DNA of 64,000 bases, taken from NCBI GenBank assembly GCA_002269645.1, contig NIVC01000633.1, positions 1-64,000 on the forward strand. Direction: 5' to 3'. Of the stretch, positions 12,480 to 23,422 are shown piece after piece (the stretch's first letter is position 1; each line of letters opens with the position of its first letter). This DNA comes from Macrostomum lignano (taxonomy: Eukaryota). A program made the position numbers and the translations under genes. The notes beneath the pieces were generated by a model, which was given only the letters and a program-made list of their open reading frames with translations, was not told the origin of the DNA and searched no databases.

Positions 12480-13210
12480 TTCATTTTACTCTACCCATAT
12501 CCTAACTGATTATTTGCCTCAATTTTGTTATATGATACCCAATGAAAAATATAAGTGAAAATTGAAATAAACATAGCCATGATAGTATAAATGCTACAAT
12601 TTTAGCTTACTAGATCACAATCCTTATATCCACTTTCATTATTTGATGTCTTCAATGAAGAATTTGTTAAAATGTATCATAAAATGAAAGACAATGAAAG
12701 GTATAAAAGACAAAGCAAAAATGAGAGAGAATAGTAAGAATTGGATGTAGCCAGGCAAGAATCCTATAATTGTAGCTATAATTATACCTTACATTCACTT
12801 TTGTTATATGATGCCCTCAATAGAAAATTTGCTAAGAATGCATTATAAAATGAAAGTGAGGGGGGTAGATAGAAGCAAAAATTTGTCAAATTAGAAGAGC
12901 CAGATAAATTGCATTTTACTACTTTGGCTAGAAAATAGAAAGAAATAGGTGTGATAGTATTAACAAATTGTCTCTTATTTTCATTTCTATCCCTTCACTT
13001 TTGTTTTATGATTTATTAGTAGTAGTCTTCATTGAGGGCATTGTATAATGAAAGTGAATATAAGGATTTTGCTTTATTAAGGTATGATTGTAGCATTTTT
13101 GCAATCATGGCTATGTCTATTTTAATTCTTACTATTTTACTATTTTACTTTGTTATCATATAACAAAATTGACACAACAATATGGGTATTATAAAGCAAA
13201 AGAATGCTAA
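12480..13210. repeat. Degenerate AT-rich inverted/palindromic repeat (foldback- or MITE-like)
   Basis: 12518-12660 (tcaattttgttatatgata...catagccatgat..aaatgctacaat..aatccttatat.cactttcattat..caatgaag) aligns to the reverse complement of ~13026-13175. Related internal copies lie at ~12790-12870 and ~12990. Confidence 0.7.
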
Positions 13211-14047
13211 GCTTTTATGTTATATTTCTTATTTATTAGGTAACTAATTATTAAAATACAAAGATATAAACTTATAATTATTAATGAAACCATTAGATTA
13301 TGAATATGTGGCAAGGCAGTTATATTGAGTTTTGGTCATAGATATCCAAAAACATAATTTTAAATGTTTAGTAAAAGGTTGAAGGATTAAAACAGATGAT
13401 ATATTTTGAAGTTATTAAACTTAACTTATTTTCAATGTGGCTAGCCAACAACTTGCCCTTAGGCCTTGAATTTATTTGGCTATAGGTATTTTGCTTTAAT
13501 ACATGAGGTTTAAACAAAAAAGCAAATAAAAAAATCATTTAATATTAAGGGGCTATCAATACTAAATAAAAGAATTAATCAAGTTTACTATTTAGGCTTA
13601 TGAAAACTAGCCTTAGTCATTATTTGACTAGAAGATTAATATATAATTAGCAAATTAAAAAATAGCATATGATCAATTCACCTTTTTTTCTAGATTATTC
13701 AACTGGCAAGCTATACTATAAACTAAGCAACTAAATTGGACAAAGTATCCAGGTCTTTAGATAAAATAATTTGGCCATTTTGCTAAAAATTGTATAACCA
13801 TATAATTTTTGCTATAGTAAAAAAGTTGTTCATTTTATTGTAATGCTTTATTAGATTCAAAATCTATTAAATCCCTTTGATATTCCAATTCTCTTGAGAG
13901 TTGGTTGACCCTATACTATTTTGTTTTAAAAGTTGATTTATTTACTTGCTAGTTCAAAAAATTAGAAAATAAATCCTAGGAAAAACCATTATTAGATACC
14001 ATATAAACATAATTTTTTGCATTTTTACTCATAATAACAATTTAGGC

Positions 14048-14087
14048 TAGGGGTTGGCAAACTTTTTATATTGATGGCCAGATATAG
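14048..14087 (+). mobile_element. hAT/Charlie-like terminal inverted repeat remnant
   Basis: TAGGGGTTGGCAAACTTTTTATATTGATGGCCAGATA resembles the CAGGGGTCGGCAAACTTTTT...GGGCCAGATA ends of hAT non-autonomous elements (recalled, not searched). No partner end was found downstream. Confidence 0.35.
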
Positions 14088-14619
14088 GAGTCATACTATA
14101 AAGTTGTTGTAGCGTTAAGTTTGATCATAAGTTGGAACTTTTACACTGTAGAGATAAGAGCTAAGAATGATCTTATCTTACAATGGCTTTATAGAATTGG
14201 CCCACATACTATAGGATGGGAAGATAAGATGGAATAGAAGAGAGGAAAGAAGAGAATAGAGATTAGAAAGAGGAGAGCTAAGAAGAGTTACAAATCTTAA
14301 GTAGGCCAGATTGCTATTATGAAGTTTCAAAGGACTCCAGGGTGGGACCATAGGTTTAGACTTATTTTTTGTCAACTTATGAATTTCATTATTCTTGTTT
14401 TTTAAAGACTATCTAGACCTATCATTTCTGATAACAATTAATATGTTGCTCATATATACTAAAGGCTTATTTTATATTAGTTTAACTGTTTGAATAAATG
14501 AATATAGTAGGCCTTCTAACAGTTTAAATTTTATTGATTCAGTTGCTTTACTCAGAGCCATGGTGATTTATTAGCTTGATATTTTATAAAATTGCATTAC
14601 ACCGCATGCATTTTTGCAG

Positions 14620-14694
14620 ATGGCTACTGTAGAAGACTTGCTTGACCTGGGCAGCGAAGCTCCAGTGCCCAACATATCGGAAGTCAGCTTAAAT
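14620..14694 (+). CDS. Candidate first coding exon of the LIM gene, longest isoform (MATVEDLLDLGSEAPVPNISEVSLN)
   Basis: tttttgcag|ATG acceptor, 25 open codons, aat|gtgagt donor, phase 0. It may instead belong to a separate gene. Confidence 0.55.
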
Positions 14695-14790
14695 GTGAGT
14701 TTTCTATAAACTTTTTTTCAAGGTAAATAAACGCTTAGAATTTAGGCAGTCAGAGGCCATGCAAATGTGCAACTTGGCGACAAACTTTAG

Positions 14791-14844
14791 CCTGATCAGC
14801 AGCAGCCGAGTATCGATCTGTTGATGATGGATACTGGAGAGCAG
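14791..14844 (+). CDS. Candidate exon (PDQQQPSIDLLMMDTGEQ)
   Basis: aaactttag acceptor, cag|gtttgt donor, phase 0-0, in frame with the previous exon. Confidence 0.45.
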
Positions 14845-15599
14845 GTTTGTCATTGATTGATAGGGGGATCACAATGCTGCATCATCTGTTGTCTTTAGAG
14901 CACCGTGTTAGCTATAGCTAGTCTGGATCTAAGTTATGCGCACCAGTTCACTCGAAAATGCAAGTTCAATATTTTTTACAAAAATTTTATCAAGACACCG
15001 CAAAATCATCGATACTCTTGCATTATTCTTGTGCGTTGTGCTAAAAATAGGCCCTGGGCTGCACTGGATACGGGGCTGATAGGCTTTTGCTAATCGGTCC
15101 AATCTAGCCTGTGAGCGCACTCTATTGATTTGGCTTCAACGCCTTGCCTTCTGTCCCTGCGTGCGCTCGGCCTCGCACTCATGTACTGAAGGCGCCTCCC
15201 TTGCCCTGCTCTCCTCCCTAAACTGCCATTCTTTGAGACTGAAAGAAAGCAAGCAAGAAATACTGCTTCTAACCGAGTAACCAAGTGCTCAAACAGTTTT
15301 TTTATGCGGCGCAAATCCCGCTGTTGGGGAACGGGGCGTGCCCGGCTTTCTTCGCCTCTTCTGGGAGAGTTGGGCAGGGCAGGAATTCACCGCGACTGCA
15401 TGGTAGCTTCTGTGGCTGCCTGCCAGTTTCAAAAGTCTGCTTATTTTGCTCTCGGCCCCGCGCTCTCTCGCCCTCGGTTTTCGACTTGCATGGCTTTGTA
15501 CTGCTTCTGCTGTTGCTGTTTGCTGCTTTTGCGCCCTTTTTGTTGCGGGGCGAGGCTCCGGGATCTCTGAGCGCGTATTTAAGCGAACTCCCGCGCTCT

Positions 15600-15792
15600 T
15601 GTAAGAAAATTGCTCCACTCTTCTGCTGTACAAGCAAATCAAATTGACCAGCCTGAGTGCCGCCCCATCACTGGGGGATGATTTTCTAACCCGACCCCGC
15701 TGTTCTAGTCTGGCTAGAGGCCCGCGCCGCGCACCTGCACGCATCGCCACCAGCAAAAATCTCCGACTTTCTTTGCGCGCTCGCCAGCGTGC
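15600..15792 (+). other. Candidate alternative non-coding first exon (start approximate)
   Basis: GC/CpG-rich patch ending in a consensus donor gc|gtaagt at 15793. Confidence 0.3.
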
Positions 15793-16153
15793 GTAAGTTT
15801 TGCGACAGTCTGTGTTGCGTTTCTTTAAGGGCGCCGTTCTGTCGGCCGCTACGGTACTGCACTTATACCCTGTACTCCTGCACTAAAACTTGCATTTTCT
15901 CTGACTGTACTTTAAACTAAAAACTATTTCTTTACTACACCAAATTGTGCGCGTTGTTTCCTTAACTTTTGCACCTGGACTGTATTTTTAATTCAACAAA
16001 TGATTGAATAAAACTTTGAAATCAGAAATTTTATTTGGCACTTCTTGCACCTTTTTTACTGTCTGTTAGTCATAAAGTTTTGCAATGTGGGCGTAGCTTT
16101 GTACTTGTGCTAGGTCTATTGAATAAACTGGCTTTTGCATGCCTACATGTCGC

Positions 16154-17392
16154 CTCTGGGACAGATGGGAGACTCTGGGACAGTTAATTAGACTCTGAGA
16201 CAGGTGGGGAGACTGGGGCAGTTAGGAGACTCTGGGGCAGGTGGGAGACTCTGAAACAGATGTAGAGACTCTGAGGCAGGTTGGGAGACTCTGGGGCAGG
16301 TGGGAGTCTCCGGGGCAGGGTGGGGACTCTGGGGCAGGTGGGAGACTCCGGGGTAGGTGGGAGACTCCGGGGCAGGTTGGGAGACTCTGGGGCAGGTGGG
16401 AGTCTCTGGGGCAGGGTGGGGACTCTGGGGCAGGTGGGAGACTCCGGGGTAGGTGGGAGACTCCGGGGCAGGTTGGGAGACTCTGGGACAGGTGGGAGAC
16501 TCCGGGGCAGGTGGGAGACTGAAACAGATGTAGAGACTCTGGGGCAGGTTGGGAGACTCTGGGGCAGGTGGGAGACTTCGGGGCAGGTGGGGACTCTGGG
16601 GCAGGTGGGGAGACTCTGGGACAGATGGGAGACTCTGGGACAGTTAATTAGACTCTGGGACAGTTAATTAGACTCTGGGACAGCTAATTAGACTCTGCGA
16701 CAGTTAATTAGACTCTGGGACAGTTAATTAGACTCTGGGACAGTTAATTAGACTCTGGGACAGTTAATTAGACTCTGGGACAGTTAATTAGACTCTGGGC
16801 CAGTTAATTAGACTCTGGGACAGTTAATTAGACTCTGGGACAAGTGGGGAGACTCTGGGACAGGTGGGGAGACTCTAGGCAGGTGGAGAGACTAGGGCAG
16901 TTAGGAGACTCTGGAACTCGTGGGGAGACTCTTGGGCAGGTTGGGAGACTCGGGCAGGTGGGGAGACTCGGGCAGGTGGGGAGACTCGGGCAGGTGGGGA
17001 GACTCGGGCAGGTGGGGGACTCTGGGGCAGGTGGGGAGACTCTGGGGCAGGTGGGGAGACTCGGGCAGGTGGGGGACTCTGGGGCAGGTGGGGAGACTCG
17101 GGCAGGTGGGGGACTCTGGGGCAGGTGGGGAGACTCGGGCAGGTGGGGGACTCTGGGGCAGCTGGGGAGACTCGGGCAGGTGGGGAGACTGGGGCAGGTG
17201 GGAGACTCTGGGGCAGCTGGGGAGACTCGGGAGGTGGGAGACTCGGGCAGGTGGGAGACTCTGGGGCAGGTGGGGAGACTCTGGGGCAGGTGGGGAGACT
17301 CGGGCAGGTGGGAGACTCTGGGGCAGCTGGGGAGACTCGGGCAGGTGGGGAGACTCGGGCAAGTGGGAGACTGGGGCAGGTGGGGAGACTCA
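16154..17392 (+). repeat. Composite G-rich intronic minisatellite (gggagactctggggcaggtg-type, plus a 20-bp gactctgggacagttaatta sub-array at ~16630-16840)
   Basis: Directly visible tandem units that switch family along the array, with many GGG runs. Confidence 0.95.
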
Positions 17393-17624
17393 GAAACCTA
17401 AAATTTGTACAGATCCACTTGTTCACTGCACACTTTGGTGGGCCAGTTTTTTCTTAATTTTACATCCGTCGTCTTCTTATATACTAAAACTGAAAAGTTG
17501 TGTAGCCATTTGCTAAATGACTTTCATTCCTTATCTTTATCTGACTATCCAACTTTCTAGCCCGCTCAGCATTTCCTATGTCGTCAGTGTCTTGTCTAAT
17601 CTGAGAAAATGTTTACCAATCTAG

Positions 17625-17669
17625 GCCGGCAATCGCGGACTCGACGCGTTAGAGAAACCAGTTGCCAAG
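17625..17669 (+). CDS. Candidate 45-nt exon (AGNRGLDALEKPVAK)
   Basis: ccaatctag acceptor, aag|gtaaac donor, phase 0-0. Could be UTR in some isoforms. Confidence 0.45.
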
Positions 17670-18217
17670 GTAAACAAATTGGATGGTGACGATGTTACTA
17701 TGGTGTGGTTATTATTATTTTATACCTAATAAGTGTATTGTGTTGCAATATTATCTTGATGGACTCGATGTGCGCACTGGAGTTTTCATTACTGCCGGTT
17801 TTGAGGCGGTGCCGGGCGGTTAATCAGCTGTTGATTCTCAAGTGTTTCTCTGTCCATTCCGGTATTGCGCAGTGCCTCCGTCTGTCTGTATCAATTATAT
17901 GTATCGGCACTGGGCAGCTATCTATTTAATTTAGTCCACAAGCAGTGCCTTTTTTATTCGGCTCTGCTATAGTCCCGGCTGCCGCTTGATTCGCAGCCTC
18001 GCACCAGTGGTTTCTTACCGGTAATCGGTCTTCATCCGGCCTTGACCCTCGGTGTCGTGTTGTCTGTCTCACCCATTCAATAAGCGATTGTGAAGGCACT
18101 TTTTATTCATCCAATTGCCTGTCGGTGTCGGTCTTGACTGATTCTGGTGTTGCCGCGACAAGCAGGCTCGCAGAACCCGCAATGCATTCGCTATGCCGCG
18201 GCCGCGTCGAATTGCAG

Positions 18218-21200
18218 AGACAGTCGGCCGCATCGACAGACCGACAGTCGGAGGAGGACTCGGCCAGCTTAGCCTCCGCCGCTACCTACACTGTGCGCAC
18301 CGAGCCGCAGCTCCGGCCCGGTGGCACCTTCACATTGCGCAAGTCCCGGCTCAGACAGCCGACCCCGCTGCAGCCAGGCATGCCCATCTCCTCGGGCGCC
18401 TCCCAGCTGGCCAAGTCCACCCCGAACCTGTTGGCCGCCGAGGACAAGCCGCCCAAGGCCAGGCCTAAGCAGCCGCCGGCTTCCCTCTCCCCCGCTGATG
18501 GCACCCTGTCCAAGGCCAAGTCCCGCTCCGTCACCAGCCTGCCCGCCGGCCACCGCAGCCGAACGGTGCCGCCAGGCCGCAGTCCGATCTCGCCGAAGAA
18601 CTACCCGGTGCACAGTTGCACCGGCGCCGCCAGTCGCCGAGGCTCCGAGTCGCGCCACCCCAGCGGCGGCGGCAGCGGAGAGCGGATGATTGACGCGCCG
18701 CCGCGCATCGAGACTCGGGGCTCCCGGCAGCGCCAGCGTCAGCAGCAGTTGTACGGCACCAAGCCGCCTTGGGCCACGGACGAAGACTTCGAGGCTGACT
18801 GGACAACGTCCGCTCGGCCGTTTTATCCCGCTGGTGACGCTTCTTCTGCAGGCGGTAGCGGCGAGCCCGTGCGAATGCGCCGGCTGAAGGCGGCCCGCGA
18901 GCTGTACAAGTCTCCTCAAAGCCGCAGCCAGTACTCCGGCAGCGTTGACAACCTGCTCAGGCAGGCCGAGTCTGAGGCGGCCGTCTCGTCCTCGGCAAAC
19001 GCATCGACCTCGCCAAGCCCAACCAGGCAGAGTCCCTCCAGGCAGCAGCAGCATCTCAACAGGCGCAAGGCGCAGCAGCAGCAGCAGCACGGAAGAGCCG
19101 TCCCGACCTCGGAGACAACGGCCAGCCAAACGCCTCGCAGCCTGACGCGGAGCGAGCCGGACCTGCGGCGCTCCCTGTCCGATGACAGCCTCAACGGGGA
19201 GGAAGCTGCTGCTGTCAAACACGGTGACGAAGCTGGCGTCACGTGCGGAACTTCTCCGCCTGTCCGCAAAGCCAACGCGTCCACCGTTACCTCGCCCGTG
19301 CAGACGGAGGCTGCGCAGTCGGTGACGCACGCTACGCAGACGGTGCCAGACCCGCAGCCGTCCAGCCAGCAGCAGGCAGTCTCGCCTATGGGCGGCGGCT
19401 ACTCGACCAGCCTGCAGTTCTCTCCCCCCGCCGCCAAGCGCCAGACCTTCAACCGCACCAAGATGGCGCCTGGTCTCCGGCCGGCTGCGGACAAGAAATA
19501 CCAACCGGCGCCGCGGGTTCAGCCCTCGATCATTCGGCCAGCCAACGCTGGCAAGCAGCAGAGCAGGCAGCACAAGGCCGGCCGCGAGCCGAGCCAGAGC
19601 AACACGACCACCTCCGGCTACCGCAGCGGCGGCAGCTCGCCGCAGCGTCCGCCGCAGCTGGCGCCGCAGAAAATTCGGCACGAACGTCAGCGGAGCATGG
19701 ACGAAGACTCGCTCACCGAGGACGCCTCGGCGGACACGGAGTTTATTCGTCCGGAACAGGCGGCCAAACCTCGGCCGGCCGATGTCGTGGACGGCGCGCT
19801 CCGCCACCTGCAGGCCGGCCAGCAGGTGAGTTTCGTGCACGAAAGAAACAGCGCGGCGCACTTTGTGCTCACTCAGCCGGTCGATCAGGTGGTGGCTGCC
19901 TCCAGCAGCGGAGGAGACGCGCACACGGACAGCGCCAGTAGGGTTGGGCCCCTGCACCCGCCGGCTATTGCACACTTTGGCAGGCGATTGCGCACTCAGA
20001 ACTCTGCCGGCTCCCTTGACGAAGATGAGGCCGCGGTGGCCGAGAATTTAGCTCCCTCCTCTCACGATGGAACCTCGCAGGACGGCACCAGCCTGGAGGA
20101 TGAGGCGGCGGGGGCGGCCGCTACCGAGTACGGACACCAGCCGCAGGCGCAGCCAAGGCCGCCTCTGAAGATCGAGCACCCCTACAAGAAAGTGGTGCTG
20201 GTTCGAAAGCCGCAGAGGCACAGCAGCGGGCCCGGCTCAGATAAGAGCTTCAGCAACTCCAGCGATGTGATGGTCCTACCTGACAAGGTGCGCAAGGATC
20301 GCTCGGTGACTGATATCAATCTTGACGAGATTTTCGGCACCAGTCCCGCGCCCAGGCCCAGCGAGAAGCTGCCGGAGGACCACGAGGTGAACCAGCGCAT
20401 CCAGTACTGGCTGAAGAAGAACATCTACTTCCAGACCAGCGAGCCGGAGGCGGCTCAACACCAGCAGCCGGTAATGGAGGTGCTGGTGCAACAGGAGGAG
20501 GATGCTCCGGCATCGGAAGACCCAGCAGCTGGGCCTGTTGTATCCAGCGTGGAGTACCCGATACGCAAGTTTCAGCCGCTGAGGTTCGGCTACATCAGCC
20601 CCGGAGTGTCGCCCGCCGCGCCTGCCGAAACCGCCTCGGACGAAGACGCGGATGCTAACGAGGAGTTGGACGCTGAGCCCAGCTTTGAGGTGTTGATGCA
20701 CACGCTGATCTACCCAGAGCCCGACCGTCAGGCACGAGACGCCGCCGAGCAGCAGCAGCAGCAGCCAGAGTCGTTCTGGTACGCTGGGAACTCGTCGCCA
20801 AGGAATCTGTCCTACACCTACAATGCTGCGCCCAGCGACTCAAATCCCATTCGCACCGGGAAAGTGCGCGCACTGGCCAGCCGCTTCCAGGAGCAGCAGC
20901 AGCCAGCCGAGTCTCGAGCCGCCTACCATCAGCAGCTTCGCAGGACACCGGCGCCGCCTCAGCAGCAGCAGCAGCCACCGGCTCAGCCTTCATCATCGCA
21001 CGACGCCATCGTTAATCAGCTCCGCCGGTATCAGCAGCAAACTCAGCAGCAGCAGCAGCAGCAACCGCCGCCTTCGCAGGGACGGCCTCCGGTGACGTCG
21101 AGCTCAAAGCCGACAGCCAGCGGGTCGGACTCCAAGACGTTCTACTTTGGTGACAAGTCGCTGGTGAGCAAGCGCGAAGAGCGCGAACACTGGGCCAGCC

Positions 21201-21265
21201 GGTACTTCAATCGGCCCAATATTGAAATCATCGGCCGGCTGGGCACCGACACGGACGCCAGCCAG
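18218..21265 (+). CDS. Large (~1016-codon) exon encoding a low-complexity Ser/Pro/Gln/Arg-rich disordered region, probably the N-terminal part of the LIM protein
   Basis: ORF 18125-21274 has strong GC3 codon bias and ends at a cag|gtaaat donor at 21265 (phase 0). The phase-0 acceptor gaattgcag lies at 18217; an ATG at 18182 is an alternative start. Confidence 0.8.
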
Positions 21266-22581
21266 GTAAATTAAGGTCACGTGGTCAGTTCTAGCCTGTC
21301 AGATTAGCTAGCTTACGAGCATTGTCAAACATATCATTGTTGTCTGTGCATACGTTTCTTTGTCTTTCTCAAATGTTGCACTTACCTATCGTTGGTACTT
21401 TTGTGCCATCACACACCTGTCCTGAGAGTTTTATTCTGTGTGTAGTTTAGCTATATATGCATATACGATATTGCCTCACTGTGTTGACACCGCTGTCTGT
21501 CTCTACACTCTACTGTCATATCGATCAATGCGCAATAGCACTCAGTACCAGTGCGGACACGCCCTGTGCCTGAGCTGTCTACCTGTCCTTACTGTGCAGC
21601 AATACAATATTTTTGGGTGTGGCTGTGGTTATCCAAGCATACCCAATCTGATCAGGTCTCTGCATTCTGTCTTCTTTGTGGGCTGGCTTTACTAATTACA
21701 GGGACTTTTAATTAGCGTCCCGGTTTCTATTTTGTATTATCAAAGAAAGGAATGCGGCTTAGTGATTCATGGCTCGTGTATATAATTTATAGTAGTCTGC
21801 CTGTCTGCTACAGATTGCTGACGGCAGATCGGGGTGTCTGGTAGAATTCTTTCTTCAGCAATCTTTGTGTTCCAAATTCTCTCTGTCTGGGACTGTACAG
21901 TCGGATCCTCTCGCTGACTTCTTGCTCACGCCTCTCTGCCCTGCCGGATTAGATTGCGGGGAGTCGCTCTTGGCCTTCTGCAGTTCCCCGCGTTCATCCC
22001 TTTCTATCTTTTCCCTTCTCCCCTCCTCTTCCCCAATAAGTCGGGCCGTTCCCTGTGCCCCATCGGGGCCAGCAGTTATGACTCACTCAGGCCGCCAAGG
22101 CCTCTTAGCTTGCACTGCGCATTAGTAAGGGCTGGGCGCACTCGATGCTAGCGCGGTACCGACAGTGTGGTATTGCCCGCTTGTTATTTTACGATCGTAT
22201 GCTGATTCAAATTTTATTAAGTGCTACCTACCTCTCATTTGAGAGTTTGTATTGAAGTGCCTCTGTACGTGCGTACGAGGTATAGATGTGCGGTGTTGGC
22301 TGTTCAGTGCATTCCCGGGGTGCTCATTTCAGCCAAATCCCTAATACGCCCAAAACTTCCCTACACTGTCACTTCTCACGTACTGCAGGATCTGCTCTAC
22401 CCATATCTATGTGCATTGTTTGTTCTTAAGAAAACTTTACTGCAGCATTTTTTGGTTTCAATGCGCATTTGCGCACTACACTACTGGAATAAGTAGAAAT
22501 AATTGCGTTCTTTGTTCGGGAAAAAAGTTTTTTATTAGAACTTTTCCGACTCCGCTAGTATTGTGCTGATATAACTCGCAG

Positions 22582-22803
22582 GACGGTAGCCAGTCGGATG
22601 ATGCAGAAAAGTTGAACGCCCCAGCTGCGGCAGCTGCGACACTCGATGAGCTGCAGCTGCTCACTGAGCAGGCCTTGATAGCCGCTGAAATCTTGTCCAG
22701 CGAGGACGACTCGGACCTGACGGCGCTTGCCGCAGCCGAAGTCGCCGTCTCGGCCAAGACCTGCCTGACCATCCGAGCCGCAGTGTCGCCCAGTCTGGAC
22801 CGG
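22582..22803 (+). CDS. Candidate acidic/Ala-rich exon (DGSQSDDAEKLNAPAAAAATLDELQLL...SPSLDR)
   Basis: aactcgcag acceptor, 74 open codons with GC3 bias, cgg|gtgggt donor, phase 0-0. Confidence 0.55.
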
Positions 22804-23422
22804 GTGGGTGAAGGCCAGCGAATCCTGCCGGGCCATGCGCTGCGTCACGGATGTTGTCCATCTCTTAGTCCTTTAGCCCTTCCTTGCGCTTACCTCTTTT
22901 TTTACTTCTTTCCGTGTTGTCAACCGGACCAAACGCACAGACTCCGACGGACTGCCGAAGTCCACAGTGTTGTAAACTTTGCATTGCGGCTCCAGAATAG
23001 TTGCTGTTATTTAGCTTCTGGCTCTCCAGCACAGCTCTGAGTGTTTTCCTGCCTCTCCCACTATTTCAGCGCACTGACTAGGCGCCGGGATTTGCGAACT
23101 GGAGTTTGTCGGGTGCTCACAGACTCATTTCGGACACCTTGATATAATCGCAAAAAAATTACTTAATCGGAGTTTATCGTTTAACTGTACCTGAATTTTA
23201 TTGCCCCCCCCCCCAGGTGTTGCGGTGAAGCACAGATCACCTGAGGGAGCACAAATTGAAACTTTGCACCTTCAAAAAGTATTTATTATTTGCTGGCACA
23301 TGGTCAACCCTGCACCAATTTTCTCTGGGAAATGTTTCCAGCTGCCCAATTCATTTTTTAGACAATTGAAAATCGAGTCTTAATACGACTTTTAGCTGTT
23401 AAGATTCTGAGATTTTGTTGCA

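Noticed and set aside
9000-16100. Autonomous transposon, Polinton or endogenous virus carrying the Cys-rich gene
   Set aside because: No transposase, integrase, RT, polymerase or capsid ORF and no paired terminal repeats were found.
16241-17516. Gly/Trp/Arg-rich and Pro-rich ORFs
   Set aside because: They are translations of the G-rich minisatellite, open in several frames on both strands.
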